Source: Vicugna vicugna (Eukaryota). From it: a stretch of DNA of 64,000 bases. The notes under the pieces were generated by a model. The model saw only the letters and a list, made by a program, of their open reading frames with translations. It had not been told where the DNA came from and did no database searches. Positions 52,421-64,000 of this stretch are shown here, in pieces. Position 1 is the stretch's first letter, and every line of letters starts with the position of its first letter. The stretch covers positions 11,244,184 to 11,308,183 of the forward strand of contig MU058844.1 in assembly GCA_013265495.1 (NCBI GenBank). Reading direction: 5' to 3'. Both the position numbers and the translations under genes were made by a program.

Positions 52421-55400
52421 AATTTCAGCAGAGATATTTTTTTGTTTTTGTTTTTTGTTTTTTTTAAGTCAGAGGAACTTTTCTAACTGTCCCTCAAGTG
52501 TATACTGTGGACCATTTTACTTGTGCTTACCCTGCCCACAAGGATGTGCAGGCAAGCACTGAACAGTAGGTGGCGTAAGGCAGAATGGGGAAGATTTCCT
52601 AATTCAGAAGACAGGAAGACTAACTTCACTGCCAGGACTTGGGCCACATCCTTCCACTGATCCTGTGACCCCAATATCTCTCCTCCCACACTTCATGCAG
52701 ACCTCCTAGTATCACGACAATCTGTTCCTCTTTCCTCCTCCACCTCTTTTTTTTGATACTTCCAGATCCTTCTAGGTAAGAATACCTGTTCTGTTTCTTT
52801 CATGTTCAGGCTAAGTCATCTGTGGTTTCTCTAATGGTTTCTTCAATTCTTATACTTTCATTCTTTGAAAAGCCTCATTGGGAAGAAAACAGTCCTTATA
52901 CTAGAAGCTGTAAAAACCAAAGTCACGTTGCAGATTTATCACCTCCTTCCCTGTTCTCTTGACTCTGTATTTTGTGGAATTCACTCCATAAAGTGTTCTT
53001 AATCAGTATATTTTTCCTACATATCTGAAGATGCTGTCTCTGTTGGTAAAAAGGTCATGCTTCAGATGCATGAATCCTATATTCCTGATCAGTCTGAACA
53101 CAGTTCAGAATAATAAAAATATCAGATTTCTTCAGGACATCAGAGATTTATTAATATGCCCTTATTGACAGATTCTGGAGCATTCAGACAAACAAAGAGA
53201 TTCACATTAAAATATATGATGATAGTTTTTATAAATTATATATTATATAAATATGTGTTTAATAGCTGTGAAATTGAATCTCTATGTATATGTTTCCTGG
53301 GTTCTAGTAGTTTCTTTAAAGTTCACGTTTAAAAAAGATGAGTATAAATCGTACTGTTTTGTTCAAAGTATTAAAATTGTTCAAATATCCTCTGTAGACT
53401 TATTGCTTGTTATACATGCTAGTGTTCAAGACAAAATGTTTGAGAAGGAAGAGGGGGGACAGAGACTTGAAGGATGGAAGAGAGAGTCAGGCATGTTTGT
53501 GATTATTTTTCGTAAGTGTTTGTGAAGTCCGTTATAAAATGGACACAATAATATTTAACAATATAAGGCAAATAACAATCAACTTCAATAATCATCTTTT
53601 GAATCTGATGAGTTCTTCCATTCCTAGAAGTTCTCTAAGATGTACTTTACCAATAAAGCCCCCTTCTCCTTGTGAACCCATTGTAATCCCCAGGAAATTC
53701 ACTTTTCACACAAGTATGAAATGGATTAATTGAATTAAATCAAGAGGAATCATGAGATTTAAAAATGGAAACTTAGAAACATACTCCATACTGCCCATAA
53801 TGCAGTGTTTACTCTAATTCACCTTGTAGAAGAGACTTGTTCTCATCCTATTCCATAATGTTTCTTTCTCTAAATCCTGATTTGCATACTGATTATTCTA
53901 AATATCTTAATTTCCCCTAGCAAATTTTCCCCTTCATTTTATTTCTTAGAATTCTCACTTCTTTATTTATGAAATCTCTGACCTACATGGTCAACAGTGG
54001 TTTGGAGCAGGAAATGTCACAGATCCCTGGAAAACGAGCAGATACCTCTACTTCTTTTCCAGCAAACGTTTGCCCTGTGCTGTACAGTTTATAGGATGCA
54101 TTCTTCTACTTTGTTTATTTGTGTGTTTTCTGCCTATTTGCAAGACTGGTATCAAATGACTTTCTTCACTTGTGGCAATATTTTATTTTGCACAACAACT
54201 TTGGGGGTTTGGTATCACTATATCTATTATAGAGATGAAGAATTTTATAATTAGGTAATTAGAAAAGAAACAGTACTCAGCTGCTCTGTGGTTGAGTCAG
54301 GATTTGAACTCATGAATATGTCATTCCAAAATCCATCCACTTAGTGGGCATTTAATAAATATTTAAGTGACTGTACAAATGAATGAATGCCATTTCCACT
54401 CTAGAACACTGGGGAGAGCAAGAGAATTATGAAAATGTATGAGTGATGAGTTGAAAGAGGATAATGAATTAAAGAGAAATTCCACACTTGAATGAGACTG
54501 TGAATGAGGAAAAACAAAAGAAAAAAAACGGGGGAGGGGGGTGGAGTCAGGTGCTTCTGAATTTACTTTCCAGTTTCAATACTGTGCCACAACACTGATC
54601 TCTTTTTCATAAGCTCCAGACCTTTTCACTGACTTCACTCTAGAGCTACAGGCTGATAAGGCTGTCATTTCTTTCAAATTTATTAGTAATATATGATAAG
54701 ATAGTTATGATACTATAATTATTTAACATTTGTATTTATAGATGCTAAAAGTTAAACTGCCAATGTATCAGTTTTAAAAACATATTCGATCGTCTGACAG
54801 TAACTCTCCCTTGAATTACAAATACTCTCAGGAAGCACATTACTGATCTGTCTTTGCAACCACCAATAATAAATATCTAGGCTTTGTATCTGCTGAGAGC
54901 TTCTGAAGGCTGCACGGCTAGGTAGACCTATTATAGAAAATGTCACCAGGAACATTTTTATATACTCACTAATGTTTAGCATTTCTCAATTAATTTAATT
55001 AGCCCAATTTACCACCCTTCATCCCTCATTAAAGGACATGTGGTATATCCCATCTTAAGAAATTATAAGGGGCATCAAATTCTTTCATTCCATAAGAGTT
55101 TGTAATACGGAAAGTATAAAGTAATTGCAAAATTAGCTTTAAAAACACATGATACTAATTAAGCAATTTGTGTATTTCTAAGTGGTTCAAATATATGTTA
55201 GCTAGCTGCTATGTTTTAGATACTAGACTATGTACCTTAGGCACAAAAATAAACAACAAATTCTGCCCTGTACCTGTAATAGAAGGAAACAGGCATGTCA
55301 CAATGATAATGAAGATATAATTAACAGATCATTCTTACTTCACTTATATTTAATACATAATGAAGCTTAATATAGAATTATATAAAATATAATAGTATAA

Positions 55401-56444
55401 ATAAATAAAATATGTAATAAATGTTTTGTGTCAAGCACCATGATAATCATCTTATTAAGTTCTCTAATTTAATCCTGACAATTCTGAAAGTTAGGAAATA
55501 CTGTACCCCCCATCACCAATAATGGAATTGAGACGTCTTTCAGTTTCTTATTGAAATTGAGTAGGACAATGTGGGGTTAAGTGCCTGGCCTCTGTAGTAA
55601 GACTGCCTTGGTTCAAATAGCTACTTCATCACCAGTTTATGCCTTAGGTTCGATATCTATAAAGCAGGGAAGACAAAAGGATATGACCCTTGTAGGGTTA
55701 AGTACGGAGAATAAGAAACCATCACCTGTAAACTTCAATCAAGCAGGGCCTCACATGTAGTAAGGGCTGAACAAATGCTAGTAGATATTTCTCTAATGAA
55801 AGCATCGGCAGTGATTGGGGTAGGTGGATGAAGCATGAATGATGATTACCGCAAAGAACAAAAGAGCTGTGAAAAGCTTAGCTTTTTCCTTCTCCTTAAT
55901 ATACTATCGGGTAGTTAGGAGGGCCTAATACATAGAGACAGCTGATGAGGGAAGCATTTATTATACAGGAAACTCACTGATGAGGGTACTGTGTTAAAGT
56001 TCAGCATGTAATTAGACTGTGATTTTCTGTTCATACCTTCCTCTCTCCAGAAAACCAGGCAGAATTAGCAACAAGAATACAGAGAGAAGAGAGTCACAAA
56101 GAGAAGAGGATCAATTCTCTTTTCCTAATTTTTGTTTTTCTACCAGACCCTGGCTTTCACATTTTATTATCAGGAAAATTGCCTGTAGATTATTTTCTCT
56201 GTTAACTACAAACAGAAGTCATGAGCTCCACGATTCCTGACTTATTTTATGGCTTCTTATGAACAAATAAAGACTAATCAGTTGTGAATTTTTTCTTCCA
56301 TTAAGACAACTGACAAGTGACTGTTTCATGGGCCATTAATTAAATGATAAAACAGAAGCACACACCTCACTGAATTATTTCAGATTAATGAAATTTTGAT
56401 CGTATTGACCCTAAGGCAGTAGTACGTTGTTCAAGCAAAGAGTT

Positions 56445-56690
56445 GTACAGAGGAATGAGAAAAAGTTTGGAGCCAGACAGACCTGCGTTCTAATCCAGTA
56501 TCTGACATTTACTTACTGAGTGATCTTGGGCAAACTGATTGACCTGATTTTTTTTAATATTCTTATCTGAATTATGGAGATAATTCTTCCCTACTACAGT
56601 TGATCACAAGATTAAATGTATGTGTGCATTTAAGGCAACCACATTAGTGAATATCAAGTAGTTTGTGCTTAACACATGTTAGTTTCCTTC
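56445..56690 (+). mobile_element. MIR SINE
   Basis: tttggagccagacagacctgcgttctaatcc...ttactgagtgatcttgggcaa...gtgcttaacacatgttagttt. Confidence 0.78.
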
Positions 56691-56877
56691 CACTACCTTC
56701 CAACAATTAGGGTGGGATCTACTTTTGCTCTATTATTCAAAAACATTTTTAGGACATAAGAGCAAGGGGGAAATTACAGTATCTTAGGAAAAATAAAAGA
56801 AACACTGCAAAAGTAATCAATTGATGTTCTTATATTCAGTCAAGCTTCATTGACTACCATGTATGTGTATGTATAAA

Positions 56878-56902
56878 TGTGTGTGTGTGTGTGTGTGTGT
56901 GT
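56878..56902. repeat. (TG)n microsatellite
   Basis: About 12 TG units. Confidence 0.95.
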
Positions 56903-58651
56903 AGATTGAAACAGAGAGACAAAGAGATAGGAGAGGAAGATGAGAAGGAGCTGGAGAAAGAGAATTTGTTTCCATATGTTGTAAATGATCAAAACAAAAA
57001 TGAACTCAAACTTTAGAATGGTATCAAAGCACAGACATCATGAAATATACCAATCTATCATTAACATAACTTTTAAAGGAATATAAAGCCATCTTATATT
57101 TGACCCTGTGCCTTACCTTCAACAGGGATGTATAAATAATCCAGGTATCCACCATGCCTGGACTCTGTCCGGTTTTTCATGCCTTTCCATAATCCTGGCT
57201 TTATTTCATAGTTTTACAAATCTGCTAGATTTTTCCCGGACTTTATTTCTTCAAATATTTCATCCTCCTGTCCTGAAATGCCTTCTGATCCATCCTCTGT
57301 TTACCAAAATCCAATTTGCTTGAGAAATCCAGCTCATTGTGTCTATAAAGCCCTGTTGGATTACTTCCAGCACCCACTTCTCAACACTGACCCATGATAA
57401 ATTTTTCACTAATACCGCACAAATGAGAAAAACATCTTTTATGATGACCCACGAATAGAAAGGCCTGAACAGTACTCTTTGTTATATCTGAATATCCAAA
57501 GTACATTTACATATCAGGTTTGGAGGGACAAATTTAATTGCAACTATGTTTGCTGTCCCCATAAATCATTAAAATACCCTAAAAATTCCACAATTGAGCG
57601 CTTAAACTACCCTTCCCAGACAGTTTGTACCACTTAATAATAGAGCAAAAATAATTTACTGGAACATGGATCCTGATTTTGGTTTTGCAACATATGGTCA
57701 TTCATTTCTATCACATAATACAGCACTTAAAACCATACAAAACTCACACAATTTGCATAGACTGTCTTACATGTTTGTCAATTTCTTCAGAATCTTTTGT
57801 ATTGTTTCCCTGACACTGAAATGGTATTGTTTAGAATTCATACCTAGACGTCACCTGGTGGAGAACAGACACTCAGTAGTTGCTCGTTGATGAGCTGGGA
57901 TGATCATTCATCTACCTGAACAGAAAAAATGGCATTTCCTTTAGAGGACAGCTCCAAAAGGACAACGATTTGAGGAACAGAGAGTCAATAACATGAACCA
58001 TTCCAAAATACCCAGGTAAACAGAACAGAAAAAGATGAAACATCTACTCCCAATACAAATATCTCCTGAAGATTTATGAATTATTGAACATGTCTACAAA
58101 TGTTGAGAACAGTGCTTAATGGTGTAGACTCACGAGAACGTTCTCTGCCCTGCACAAAAAAGTGACCACTTCAGCTTCTCCAAGCCTTGCACCACATTGA
58201 TAATATAGTATGCTGGCGGTAAAAAATGCTTCTACTGCTTTCACAGCTACATCAGAAATCTTTCTTTTCCATTTTGAAATAGCAAAAACATAGCCTAGAA
58301 AACTGGTGTAGAGGTAAAACAGCAAGACCTCTGTTTATGAGGAAAAGACCAAGTGTGTAATCCTCTTTCCTCGCCTGGCCAAACACGTCTATGTGCTGAA
58401 AAGGGAGGAATCCTCTCTTTCTTCATACACAAAATGTAAACCTTTGTACACGTGCCTTATTTAACTTCCACCTGGGCTAGAGCTGCCTTTACACAATTGG
58501 ACCATTTTCTCACTACTACCTCCCATTGTTTATGTATTTTTTAAAAGCTGAACCAGTTTGCGCATAATGTTAAGTTACAATGTAATGTTTATTTTCATAT
58601 AATTATATAAAGTTGCTTATAATTTCCTCTACATCAATAGTACATTTATCT

Positions 58652-58917
58652 CACAGATATAGAAAATAAACTTACAGCATAGGGGGAAGGAGGAGAAAGG
58701 GATAAATTGGGAGTTCAAGATTTGCAGATACTAACTACTATATATAAAATACGTAACAGTTTTTATTGTGTAGCACAGGGAACTACATTTACTATCTTGT
58801 GGTAACCTATAATAAAAAAGGATATAAAAAGGAATATATGTATACATTTGACTAAAACATTACGCTATACATCAGAAATTGATATAACATTGTAAACAAA
58901 CCATATTTCAAGAAAAA
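58652..58917 (+). mobile_element. Short L1 3' UTR insertion
   Basis: gggataaattgggagttcaagatttgcagatac...; 13-bp TSD agtacatttatct at 58639-58651 and 58918-58930. Confidence 0.92.
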
Positions 58918-59402
58918 AGTACATTTATCTTAATAATAATTCTCCAAATTTCAAAGGAATCCTTGTCTTGATTCCAAAAGGAATATATTGGTTCGACCTA
59001 AAACTAGGATGTGAAAGAAAGATACTTCTGTGGCAAATATTTTAGGAAAGCAACTTGGAAAGTTTCATATTCATTCTGTAATAACTTTTTCCCTTTAAAA
59101 TCAATAGAAGTGCTTGTCATTTACATACATTAAGAAAGTGATTACTTGAATAAAGGAAAGATGAAATCTTGTTTATTAAGTTCATGTTTCATATAAATAT
59201 TAAAATTTATGTTGTTCCCTTGTGGAGTTTAATAAGAGCTTTATGATTAATACAACAAGGATAGAAGTTAAGTTGTAAACAGTATTAATCAACTTAATTG
59301 AGCCAACTTGTTATGAAAATTTTAATGACCTCTTTCTTTCCTGTAGGAGAAAGAAAAAACTTTGTGAAGAAAAACAAGCTGTTCCATGTCTTCTCTGAAG
59401 TA

Positions 59403-59611
59403 CAGCTGACCCTTGAACAACATGAGGATTAAGGATGCCGACCCCTATGTAGTCAAAAATCTGCCTATAACTTTAAATTAGGCCCTCAGTTCTGCATCCA
59501 CAGATTCAACCAACCATAGATCATGTAGTCTGCAGTACAGTATTTACTGGAAAAAAAATGCATATAAGTAGAACTGAACAATTCAAGTCCATGTTGTTCA
59601 TAGGCCAACTG
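59403..59611. mobile_element. TcMar-Tigger MITE (Tigger2/MER8-like)
   Basis: TIRs cagctgacccttgaacaacatg / catgttgttcataggccaactg, flanked by TA at 59401-59402 and 59612-59613. Confidence 0.88.
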
Positions 59612-60056
59612 TATACAGAAGATTCATATGAAATAGTTATCCCCAGCAGATCCAAGTGAAGCATATAGCTTTTAAACTGGGAAGCAAATCTTGGAATACA
59701 TGGTCCATGGAGTTTAATGTTTATATTTCACCCTAAGTTTGACTGATATATTTTCTAAATGATGATACCAGTGGATTGAAAAGAAAGCTTCTCCTTTGAA
59801 ATTAAGAAACCATGAATAGTCAGATTGTTCCAAATTAAACCAGGCAGCAATTAGTGATGAAACATAAGGTTTTGCCTCAACTAGAGACAAGTGATAAGGA
59901 AGCAAAGGCGGTGAGCTTCAAGGCTGTGCCAAGGCTTACGGGAAGATAAGCTGCTTCAGGAAGCAAAAGAAGGAAACCTCTAAATTCTCTTCTCAAAAAA
60001 TTTTAAGAATAAATGGAAAATATATTAATTAAGTTCAGCTCTCTCAAAACATAAAT

Positions 60057-60126
60057 CAACATTTATTTACTTAATGTCTACAATCTGCACACAACATTTA
60101 TTTACTTAATGTCTACAATCTGCACA
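60057..60126 (+). repeat. Perfect 35-bp tandem duplication
   Basis: caacatttatttacttaatgtctacaatctgcaca x2 (60057-60091, 60092-60126). Confidence 0.95.
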
Positions 60127-61369
60127 TACTATCTAAAGCAAATCAAAACAAAACAGTTAGTGGGAGATGCAAAAAGTTCCTTTTAGTATTCAGGGCCCTT
60201 TTAGCCTTACCCTAAAGTTGAGGAAGTTGGGTTTTGATTGGTTTTTCAAATAGATAATAATTAGTGTTCCAAAGTGTTAGAGGAGGTAAAATGGACGCCA
60301 GGAACTTCATTTTCTTCCCTTTCTTTTGTCTTCTACAGTTTTTGGGGACTTACAGGGCTTTAGCATTTGTCTAAAGGTTCTCATTGCCCCCACCTAATTA
60401 CCCAGTGGAATAAATAATTCACCAATATATGTCTCCCTCGTGTGAGACTGACAATCTTATTAATACAGACGTTTTTCAGTATCCTGGCTAAAATATTTAT
60501 GTTATTAAATTGGATTTGAATAATTCTGCAATAAATAAATATATCATTAATGTAACTGAATACATAACTGTATTTTAAAACGTATTGGAATTCATTTTCT
60601 TGTAAAGCTTTAATTGCATGTAAATAGGCTTAGAAAGAAAACTGCAACAAATTACACACAAGTATAATGAAAATCAACAAAGCACATAAATTTTACAAAT
60701 GCATTTATCTAAATAAAAATATTTTATGACCTCACTTTTATTGATCCCTATAGTGTACAGGGGACCGTGCTTTATTTTATCATCACATACATGCAAAATA
60801 TTTCTCTGTATTCTTTCGGGATGAAAGAGACTTCTCTTAAATACTTTATTAAAAACAAATTCAGGAAAAAACATATTCTCATACATACTTTGTACTATTA
60901 GTCCACAAAGTCACTGACTATTTTTCAGAACACTTTAGAAGCAGGAATTTTTTTTTAAAAGCCTGCTGGATGCCAAGAAAGAGCATGAGTCATTCATAAA
61001 AGGTCAAAAGTAGCCAAGATGCATGAAATATATTCTTTAATGTGTTTAATTCTTAGAACCCAGGTTTGTGCATGCCCATAAAGGAATTCCATGAAGTAAC
61101 ATGTGAGTTTGAAATCAAAATTGATCAACTTTTATTTTCCCATGTATATGAGGACATAATATCTTTAATAGAATATATTCTTTTGTATTTATCAAACATT
61201 ATATAATAAAAATAATTTAAGAATAAATAACTTATATTACATTTCCAATACCATCACAAAGAAAATAGTGTCAATACTTCATACTCTTAGAAAGGGATCC
61301 CAAGATCAGTACTAGAGTAAAATAAAACTAAAATAAAATTTAGTACTTTTCAGATTATAAAAACCTCAA

Positions 61370-64000
61370 GCCCATCTGCTCATGGAGTCTGGCACCAGGC
61401 CCAGCCACTCGTGGACTCCACCAGTCAGCCTGCCCAAATCTTAGGCTGAACTAACTAATGAACAAATTTCTCTGCCAAACCCAGTTTGAAAAGACGGAAA
61501 TAGGTTAGTACTTCCTCAGATATACAAGGATCTGCAAATCCAATGCAAGCTACAAGGATCATGAAAAGGCAGGGAAACGTATCACCAACAAAGAAACAAA
61601 ATAAAGCTCTAGTAACTGACTTTAAAGAAATAAAGGTCACATTCCCTGATAAAAAAATTCAAAACTGTCATTTAATGAAGCTGAGTGACCACAAAAAACA
61701 CAGACACTAAATGAAATCAGAAAAATTAATACCTTAACAAAATGACCAGTTCAACAAAAAGATAGCAACCATCAAAAAGAATGAGACAGAAATTCTGGAG
61801 CTGAAGAATACAATGGCTGAATCCAAATATTCAATAAAGATTATCAAACCAGCAGACACGATCAATCAGAAGAAAAAAAATCAGCCAAAAACAAGTCATC
61901 TAAAATTACTCAGTAAGAAAGACAAAAAGAAAAAGAAAAACAAAAAGAACAATAATAAAGAAAGTCTAGAGAACTTATGGGATACCATCAAAAAGAATCA
62001 CGTCATGGGAGTCCTGGAAGGAGAAGAGAAAGACAACGGGGCAGAAAGTTTATTTAAAGAAATAATGGCTGAAAACTTCCCAAATCTGGGAAGGGAAATG
62101 GACATTCAGATTCATGAAAACCAAAGAACTCCAAAAATGTTGAATCTAAAGAGTTCTACACTAAGACATAATATAACTAACTTGCTGAAATCAAAGACAA
62201 ATAGAGAATTGGAAAGCAGTGAAAGAAAAGTGATTCAAGGGTATCCCATAAGATTATTAAGTGCAATTTTAAGCAGAAAGCTTGCAGGCCAGGAAAGGTT
62301 GGGATAAAATGCTTAATGTGCTGAAGGAAAAATAAAGTGCCAATGAAGAATACTACATCCAGCATAACCATCTTTGAAAAATAAAGAAGAAAATCTTTCC
62401 CAGAAAAGCAAAAACTGAAGAAGTTCTTCACCACTGCACCTGCTGTACAAGACATTCTAAAGGTAGTTCTTCAAGTTGAAATGAAAGGACACTAGACAGC
62501 AACACAAAAGTAGATTAAAGTATGAATTCATTAGTAAAGATAAATACATAGACAAACAGAGAAACATGCAATAGTGTACTGGTATTACATAAATCACTTT
62601 TAATCCTAGTATAAAAGTTAAAAGACAAAGATATTAAAAATAACTACAATCACAAAAAATTATTTATGGATATACAATATAAAACAAAGTAAATTCTGAC
62701 ATTAGTAACATTAAGTGTGGGCGAGAATAAATGTGTAAAGTTTTTCTATGCAACTGAACTTGTTATCAGCTTAAAATAAAATGTTATAATTATATGAAGT
62801 TTTATACAAGCCTTATGATAACCGAGCACACACACACACAAACTATAGTAGATACAAAAAAGATAAATAGAAAAGAGCATATCAATACAAAAAATGCCAA
62901 ATGAATCACAAAGGAAGACAGCAAGAGAGAAAAACAAAAGGCACAAAACAACAAAATGGCAATAGTAAGTCCTTATCTATCAATAATTTGTAAATAGATT
63001 AAACTCACCAATTAAAAGATTTAATGAGACTGATGGATTTTTTAAAATACAAGATTGAATTATATGCTCTATAAAAAGACCCTCTCTTCAGATTTAAGGA
63101 CACAAACAGGCTGAAATTGAAGGAATGGAAAAAATATTTCACGCAAATAATGGCCAAAAGAGAGCAGAGGTGGTTATACTTGTATCAGACAAAATAGATT
63201 TTTTAAGTCAAAAAACTGTCACAAGAGACGAAGTTGATAATTACATATTGATAAAAGGGTCAACTTAACCACCATATATAACAATTATAAATATATATAT
63301 ACACTCAATATCAGAACACCTAAATACAGAGCACCTAAAAAGCAAACAGATGTAAAAGCAGAAACAGAAACTGATACAGTAATAGAAGATTCCAATATAC
63401 CACTTCCATAACAGAGAGATCAACCACAAAGAAAACCAGTAAGAGAAAATGAAACTCAAACAACACTATATACCAACTAGACATAATAGACATTTAGATA
63501 ACATCCCAAATTAGCAGAATACACATTCTTTTCAAGTACACACAGAACATTCTCCAGGAGAGACCTCATGCTAGGTCACAAAAAAAGTCTTAACAAATTT
63601 AAGAAGACTAAAATTATTCTGGGTATCTTTTCTGACTATAATCATATGAAACTAAAAGTCAATTACAAAAAAAGGAAAAATTCATGAATACATGGAAGTT
63701 AAATACATTCTTGAACTATTAGGTCAAAGAGAAAGTCCAAAGGGCAGTTAGAAAATATCTCAAAACAAATACCAATACAAACACAACATACTAAAACTAA
63801 AGCATGATGCAGCAAAAACAGTACTAAGAAGGAAATTTATAATGATAAATGCCTACATTTAAAAAAGAAGGAAGATCTACAAGTAAACAACATGTACTTA
63901 TACCTCAAAAAAACTAGAAAAAGAACCCAAAGTCAACAGGAGGGAAATAATACAGATTAGAACTGAAATAAATCAAATGAGAACAGAAAAACAAGGAAAA
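61370..64000 (+). mobile_element. Older, disrupted L1: 5' region, ORF1 remnant (~61561-62470), long inter-ORF spacer, ORF2 endonuclease remnant (from ~62956); runs off the window
   Basis: ORF1 motifs LWDTIK, GVLEGEEK, LFKEIMAENFPNL, PIRL; ORF2 pieces aaggaatggaaaaaatatt, atcagacaaaatagatt, gaatacacattcttttca, tctgactataat (SDHN-like); many stops and frameshifts. Confidence 0.93.

Noticed and set aside
52735..52781. Microexon-like pattern: pyrimidine tract-ccag|atccttctag|gtaaga
   Set aside because: 10 nt is not frame-preserving, there is no neighbouring exon context, and it cannot be supported from sequence alone.
57848..57861. CTCF-like motif on - strand (ccaccaggtgacgt); weaker one near 35480-35495
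   Set aside because: Mismatches at informative positions; partial matches are expected by chance in 64 kb.
61813..62307. 164-aa ORF
   Set aside because: Decayed L1 ORF1 fragment in a disrupted element.
1..64000. CRISPR arrays, operons or other prokaryotic-type systems; intact retroviral genes
   Set aside because: Mammalian repeat-rich DNA with no regularly spaced repeat-spacer array and no long ORFs; no gag/pol/env remnants recognised.

Overview
AT-rich, CpG-depleted eutherian genomic DNA, most likely from a camelid (two tRNA-derived Vic-1-type SINEs plus artiodactyl-type L1 3' ends). I find no supportable host coding exon, RNA gene or CpG-island promoter, so the window reads as intronic or intergenic. 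It is largely a mosaic of L1, L2, MIR, L3/CR1, LTR (MER34/39-like, MLT1, MLT2) and DNA-transposon (Charlie1, MER5A, Tigger2/MER8) remnants. The ORF track is explained by L1 remnants and chance. Repeat family names come from remembered consensus sequences, and boundaries are approximate unless a TSD is given. The most notable signal is structural: an apparent ~3.26 kb inversion (29207-32467) that splits one L1 into two oppositely oriented, exactly abutting halves. It carries inverted duplications at both breakpoints (7 bp and ~190 bp). Several other local templated duplications or repair scars are visible, plus a few hairpins and candidate regulatory motif clusters. I do not see evidence for a novel multi-gene biological system.
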